From an uncultured Bacilli bacterium (GTDB lineage Bacteria > Bacillota_I > Bacilli_A > RF39 > UBA660): 53,610 nucleotides of DNA. Below are positions 49,745 through 53,610 of this stretch, in pieces. The position numbers and the translations under genes are program-made. The notes below the pieces were generated by a model. The model had not been told where the DNA came from. It searched no databases and saw only the letters and a program-made list of their open reading frames with translations. Positions within the stretch are counted from its first letter, which is position 1. Each line of letters starts with the position of its first letter. The stretch covers positions 1 through 53,610 of the forward strand of contig CANQJR010000003.1 of assembly GCA_947624275.1 (NCBI GenBank), in the 5' to 3' direction.

Positions 49745-50601
49745 TATTTAACCCCCTTTATCATTAAGAGCATCAAGTCATCTAAGGTTATTTTATCGAT
49801 GACTTCAACATCATAACGCTTTTTAAAGTCTCTTTTATTTTCAACTAAAACTTCATAGCCATATCGATCTTTTTTATATTTGACGTAATCTTCTTTATTG
49901 ATATCCTTAAATTCTTTTTCACGACATTTGACAATTCCATACTTGTCCAACAATTCATCACACGTCTTAGATAGGACAATTTCTCCATCATTTATGAAAG
50001 TGATGTAATCAGCAATTCTTTCCAAATCTGTCGTTATGTGACTGGAAAGCAGAATAGAACATTCTTCATCTTGAATGAAATCTTGAAAAATATCAATTAT
50101 TTCACTACGAGCAATTGGGTCGAGACCCGAAGTCGGTTCATCCAAAATCAATAGTTTGGGATGATGAGCTAGAGCTGTCGCAATTTCCAATTTTTTACGC
50201 ATTCCCTTGGAAAATTTCTTTATTTGTTGCTTAGGATTCAAAGAAAAATCCTTAAGATAAGAATTAAACATTTTTTCATCCCAATTTTTATAGATGTATT
50301 TCATCGAATTATTGATATCGTTTGGCGTTAAAATTTCGGGATAGAACATATCATCTAAAACGACACCGATATCTTCTTTGATCTTTCCTTCATCTCTTTT
50401 ACTATCCAATCCAAAGATTTTAATTTCGCCACTATCTTTTTTGATGATGTTCAATATGGCTTTGATCGTCGTCGTCTTACCTGCTCCATTTTCGCCAATA
50501 AAACCCATGATCATCCCTTTGGGCAAATCAAAAGTGATGTTCTTCAATGCAAAATCATCATACTTCTTATTCAAGTTTTTAACTTCTAATATATTTTTCA
50601 T
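49744..50601 (-). CDS. ABC transporter ATP-binding protein (YtrB/YhcG-like)
   Basis: GENGAGKTT, FSKGM, LILDEPTSGLDP, SSH. Confidence 0.95.
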   Translation of the reverse strand: MKNILEVKNLNKKYDDFALKNITFDLPKGMIMGFIGENGAGKTTTIKAILNIIKKDSGEIKIFGLDSKRDEGKIKEDIGVVLDDMFYPEILTPNDINNSMKYIYKNWDEKMFNSYLKDFSLNPKQQIKKFSKGMRKKLEIATALAHHPKLLILDEPTSGLDPIARSEIIDIFQDFIQDEECSILLSSHITTDLERIADYITFINDGEIVLSKTCDELLDKYGIVKCREKEFKDINKEDYVKYKKDRYGYEVLVENKRDFKKRYDVEVIDKITLDDLMLLMIKGVK

Positions 50602-50978
50602 CATTCATCCTCCAAATATAAAATATCAAGCATTTCAACAATCGTCTTTTTAGTAATTTTATTCGTTTTAGCAATAGTTATGGCTGAATCTAATAGATCT
50701 TGTATTTTATTCAATTGTTCTTCTCTTGCTAAGTCTCTATTGATTTTAGCGACGTAAAATCCTTTGGCGGGAATACCTTTGACATAGCCTTCTCTCTCCA
50801 ATTCTTCATAGGCATTTTTAGTAGTTATGACACTACATCGCAAATCTTTGGCAAGAGCTCTAATTGAAGGTAATAATTCGTTTTCTTTCAATTCACCAGA
50901 TATAATTTTATTTTTGATCTGTTCTTTTATCTGTTCATAAATAGGTATACCATTGGAATTGCTAATTATTATTTCCAT
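50601..50978 (-). CDS. GntR-family (YtrA subfamily) regulator
   Basis: PIYEQIKEQIK, LPSIRALAKDL..SVITTK.AYEELE; short C-terminus; heads an ABC operon. Confidence 0.93.
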   Translation of the reverse strand: MEIIISNSNGIPIYEQIKEQIKNKIISGELKENELLPSIRALAKDLRCSVITTKNAYEELEREGYVKGIPAKGFYVAKINRDLAREEQLNKIQDLLDSAITIAKTNKITKKTIVEMLDILYLEDE

Positions 50979-50987
50979 AATTGCCTC

Positions 50988-51010
50988 CTGTACATATTAA
51001 TTATATACAG
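50988..51010. promoter_or_regulatory. Probable YtrA-type operator overlapping the -10 element
   Basis: CTGTA-N13-TACAG inverted repeat. Confidence 0.75.
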
Positions 51011-51028
51011 TATATACACAGTAGTCAA
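51000..51028 (-). promoter_or_regulatory. SigA promoter of the GntR-ABC operon
   Basis: TTGACT-17-TATAAT. Confidence 0.82.
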
Positions 51029-51059
51029 TAGTATTTTATCAATAAAAAAAAGCTTATCT

Positions 51060-51425
51060 TCACCTTTTGGTGATGAAAGCCATATATATGAAATAGATAG
51101 AGAATACTAAAAATATACCTATCGGTATGAAGAGCGAATATGTTTTATGGACGATGGCATAATATGAAGAATAAGTTAAAAAGCCAAAGTAATAAATAAA
51201 GAAAAATATTTTAAAAATAGTGAAAAAAATATTAGCCAATCTCTTTTTATTGAATAGTAAAAAAATGGTTTCTAAAAGAATGGCAATCGCACATACTAGA
51301 AAAAGAAAAATGATTAGTTTTGCTAATGAATTGTTTTTAGGAAAAGCCCAAACCAATACTATTATGGTCATTAAAGCCATAACTATTTTTCTAATCAACA
51401 CAACTCTTACAATCTGTTTTTTCAC
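51060..51425 (-). CDS. Hypothetical four-TM membrane protein
   Basis: 121 aa, four hydrophobic segments; RBS GGGGAAG before GTG. Confidence 0.68.
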   Translation of the reverse strand: MKKQIVRVVLIRKIVMALMTIIVLVWAFPKNNSLAKLIIFLFLVCAIAILLETIFLLFNKKRLANIFFTIFKIFFFIYYFGFLTYSSYYAIVHKTYSLFIPIGIFLVFSIYFIYMAFITKR

Positions 51426-51491
51426 TATATCACTTCCCCATCTTCATTATATAATAATTATTGAGAATATGCTAGGATATAGAGAAATAGA

Positions 51492-51523
51492 AAAGGCTTA
51501 TGATTTTTTTCATAAGTCTTTTT
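51492..51523 (-). terminator. Terminator after the FtsX-like permease
   Basis: AAAAGGCTTATG-N-CATAAGTCTTTT. Confidence 0.7.
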
Positions 51524-51531
51524 ATCATTCA

Positions 51532-53607
51532 TTAATATCTTTCTTTGATGATGTTTTTACTACAAGAATAAGTGATCAAGAGATAGCCTCCATAGATGAT
51601 GACAAGGAATATAGCTGTGGCAATGATAGATGGTAATAATTCATTTGTTCCAAATACTTCCAATATTTTAAGGGCAAACATTATACCAAAGATAGAATGA
51701 ATTAAAGCTAGTATTAAAGGTAAGATGAAGAAGATAGCTATTTGTCTAAATAGTGCTCTATTGATCATCTTTTCATCGGTACCAATCTTTCTCAACGTTC
51801 TAAATCTTTCTTTGTTATCACTGCTCTCCGACAATTCTTTCAATCCTAAAATCGCTGCGCTACTGACTAAGAAAATCACTCCTAAATAAAGACCGATAAA
51901 GGTGACCATGGCTGATAAGCCTACTGTTGCTTCTTTAATAGCCAGTTTCGTTGAACCACTTGGAAGTAAATAAACACTCGCTTTTGACTCTTTATCTAAC
52001 TCATTTATATTATTTTCTATTTTTGTTATCTCTTCTTTGGCCGTCGTTTTATAATTACCTATCAAATGATTTTGTACTAAATACTCTTCATCGACAATAT
52101 TATCAGGCACTAAAATAATTCCTGTATTAATATGTTGACTAGACATTTCTAAAAATCCATCTTGGCATGAGTCATATTTAGGTTTTAGAGTATGGCCAAA
52201 TAAATTGATGTTTTCATTATTGGCTAAAGCAAGATTTCTTATTTTAACCATCGAAGTGAAATCAGCAACAATCATGTATTCATCATTATTTAAAGAATAT
52301 TCTTCGATGCCATAAAATTTTGCTACTCTATTATAATCACTAATTTTCATAATAGATTCCATTGTATCATAAGCTAAAAATGGAAATTGTGTTCTAACAC
52401 TATCTAATCTTGAACCTAATGTATGATTTAATGTTAGATCTGGTGTTGCATAAGTATTCACTTCGATATAATCTTTAAAGTAAGAAGTGATGTCAAAATC
52501 AAACAATTCAAACATTTCTTTAGCTGTGTAGTGAGAGTTTTTTATTTGTGAATCATTATATCCATAGTCTCGATATTTTTCATAATACTTATCCATATTC
52601 ATATTGACTGTGAACATGGCATCTACTGGGGCCAGTTCTTTAATATTGGCATTCATCGAGTTTTTCATAGTGAGACAAGATGATAATAAACAGATCGTTA
52701 TGAATAACATTAAACAGATTATTGTCGTCGAAAAGACAGTTGTGTTAATTTTACTTGAGAATTGTCTTAAAGTGAAACTGTTTAGTCCTTTGTAATAGAA
52801 CTTCTTAATACTCATTGCGATTCTTAAAATTAATCCTGATAAAGACCAGAAGATAAAGAAGGTACTTACTGATCCCATTATAATCGGTTTTATTATATCA
52901 GTTACTTCTTGTAAAGTAAGAAAATCATGAGTAACTATATAATATGCTCTTCCTAGAACTAAACAAGAAATGATAAAAATAATAATACATAAATAAGGAT
53001 TTTTTAGTTTAATTCGTTCACTTGTTTTAGAACCATTTAATAAATCGATCAATTTACATTTACTGACACTTATAGTATTGAATATCATGACGAGTAAATA
53101 CATGATACTAAAATAAATAATCGTTTTAAGACAAGCAGAGGAAGAGAAGACAAAGGCAAACTTTGTGAGATTGGCTTCAAACATATTGGCAACAACTAAA
53201 CTCATAGCTTGTGATAGTAATACCCCAAGTCCTAATCCAACTAAGAGTGAAATAATACCAATAAATAATGTTTCAAAGAATAGTATTAAAGATATTTTTC
53301 TTTTACTCATACCTAAAGTTAAGTAAATTCCAAACTCTTTATTTCTTCTTTTAATTAAAAATCTTGAAGCATATATGATGAGAAATCCTAATATAAATGA
53401 TACAAATACACTAACCCCAGATAACATCGTCATCATGAGATCAATTATCTCTTGTGTTGAAGATGAAACATCCATCATGACTGTTTGACTATCAAGGGCA
53501 TTAAAAACATAAAATATTGCTACACCAAGAATGAGTGTAAAAAAGTAGATGGCATAGTCTTTAATACTCTTCTTGATGTTTTTAAGTGATAACTTACAAA
53601 GCATCAT
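51532..53607 (-). CDS. FtsX-like (BceB-type) ABC permease
   Basis: KLSLKNIKKS..DY.IYF.TL, KRRNKEFGIY.TLGM, large extracellular loop, L.KIG....I; its ATPase probably lies just beyond the window. Confidence 0.9.
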   Translation of the reverse strand: MMLCKLSLKNIKKSIKDYAIYFFTLILGVAIFYVFNALDSQTVMMDVSSSTQEIIDLMMTMLSGVSVFVSFILGFLIIYASRFLIKRRNKEFGIYLTLGMSKRKISLILFFETLFIGIISLLVGLGLGVLLSQAMSLVVANMFEANLTKFAFVFSSSACLKTIIYFSIMYLLVMIFNTISVSKCKLIDLLNGSKTSERIKLKNPYLCIIIFIISCLVLGRAYYIVTHDFLTLQEVTDIIKPIIMGSVSTFFIFWSLSGLILRIAMSIKKFYYKGLNSFTLRQFSSKINTTVFSTTIICLMLFITICLLSSCLTMKNSMNANIKELAPVDAMFTVNMNMDKYYEKYRDYGYNDSQIKNSHYTAKEMFELFDFDITSYFKDYIEVNTYATPDLTLNHTLGSRLDSVRTQFPFLAYDTMESIMKISDYNRVAKFYGIEEYSLNNDEYMIVADFTSMVKIRNLALANNENINLFGHTLKPKYDSCQDGFLEMSSQHINTGIILVPDNIVDEEYLVQNHLIGNYKTTAKEEITKIENNINELDKESKASVYLLPSGSTKLAIKEATVGLSAMVTFIGLYLGVIFLVSSAAILGLKELSESSDNKERFRTLRKIGTDEKMINRALFRQIAIFFILPLILALIHSIFGIMFALKILEVFGTNELLPSIIATAIFLVIIYGGYLLITYSCSKNIIKERY

Positions 53608-53610
53608 TCA

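Overview
AT-rich chromosomal window from a genome-reduced, low-GC Firmicute using the standard code (TGA is a stop). Gene content and style suggest a Bacilli lineage such as RF39; this is inference. Almost all genes lie on the minus strand; only tspO, purA and rnhC are on plus. The backbone is housekeeping: hrcA-grpE-dnaK with two CIRCEs, nusB-xseAB, L21 leader-rplU-prp-rpmA-obg, tkt, apt, purA, tRNA-Ile2/tRNA-Leu, rnhC, rsmD, a U32 protein, parEC, priA, rnhB, rbgA, a TtcA-family gene and ABC transporters. Sporulation-associated genes (spoIVB, sirA, ylbD/E/F) keep Bacillus-like synteny, but spo0A and spo0B are absent from their usual slots. I found no transposase, integrase, prophage, rRNA or CRISPR array. 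The best candidates for undescribed biology are: a DUF1003/P-loop kinase/GNAT/ASCH operon next to ttcA; a Tim44-like + SPFH zinc-ribbon membrane module; a standalone Asn-rich prion-like microprotein upstream of spoIVB; an orphan minor-pilin-like protein; an orphan with a clamp-binding-like tail between priA and parEC; and a terminator/RBS-sequestering hairpin in front of ylbD. All family calls come from motif recognition by eye, not from database searches.
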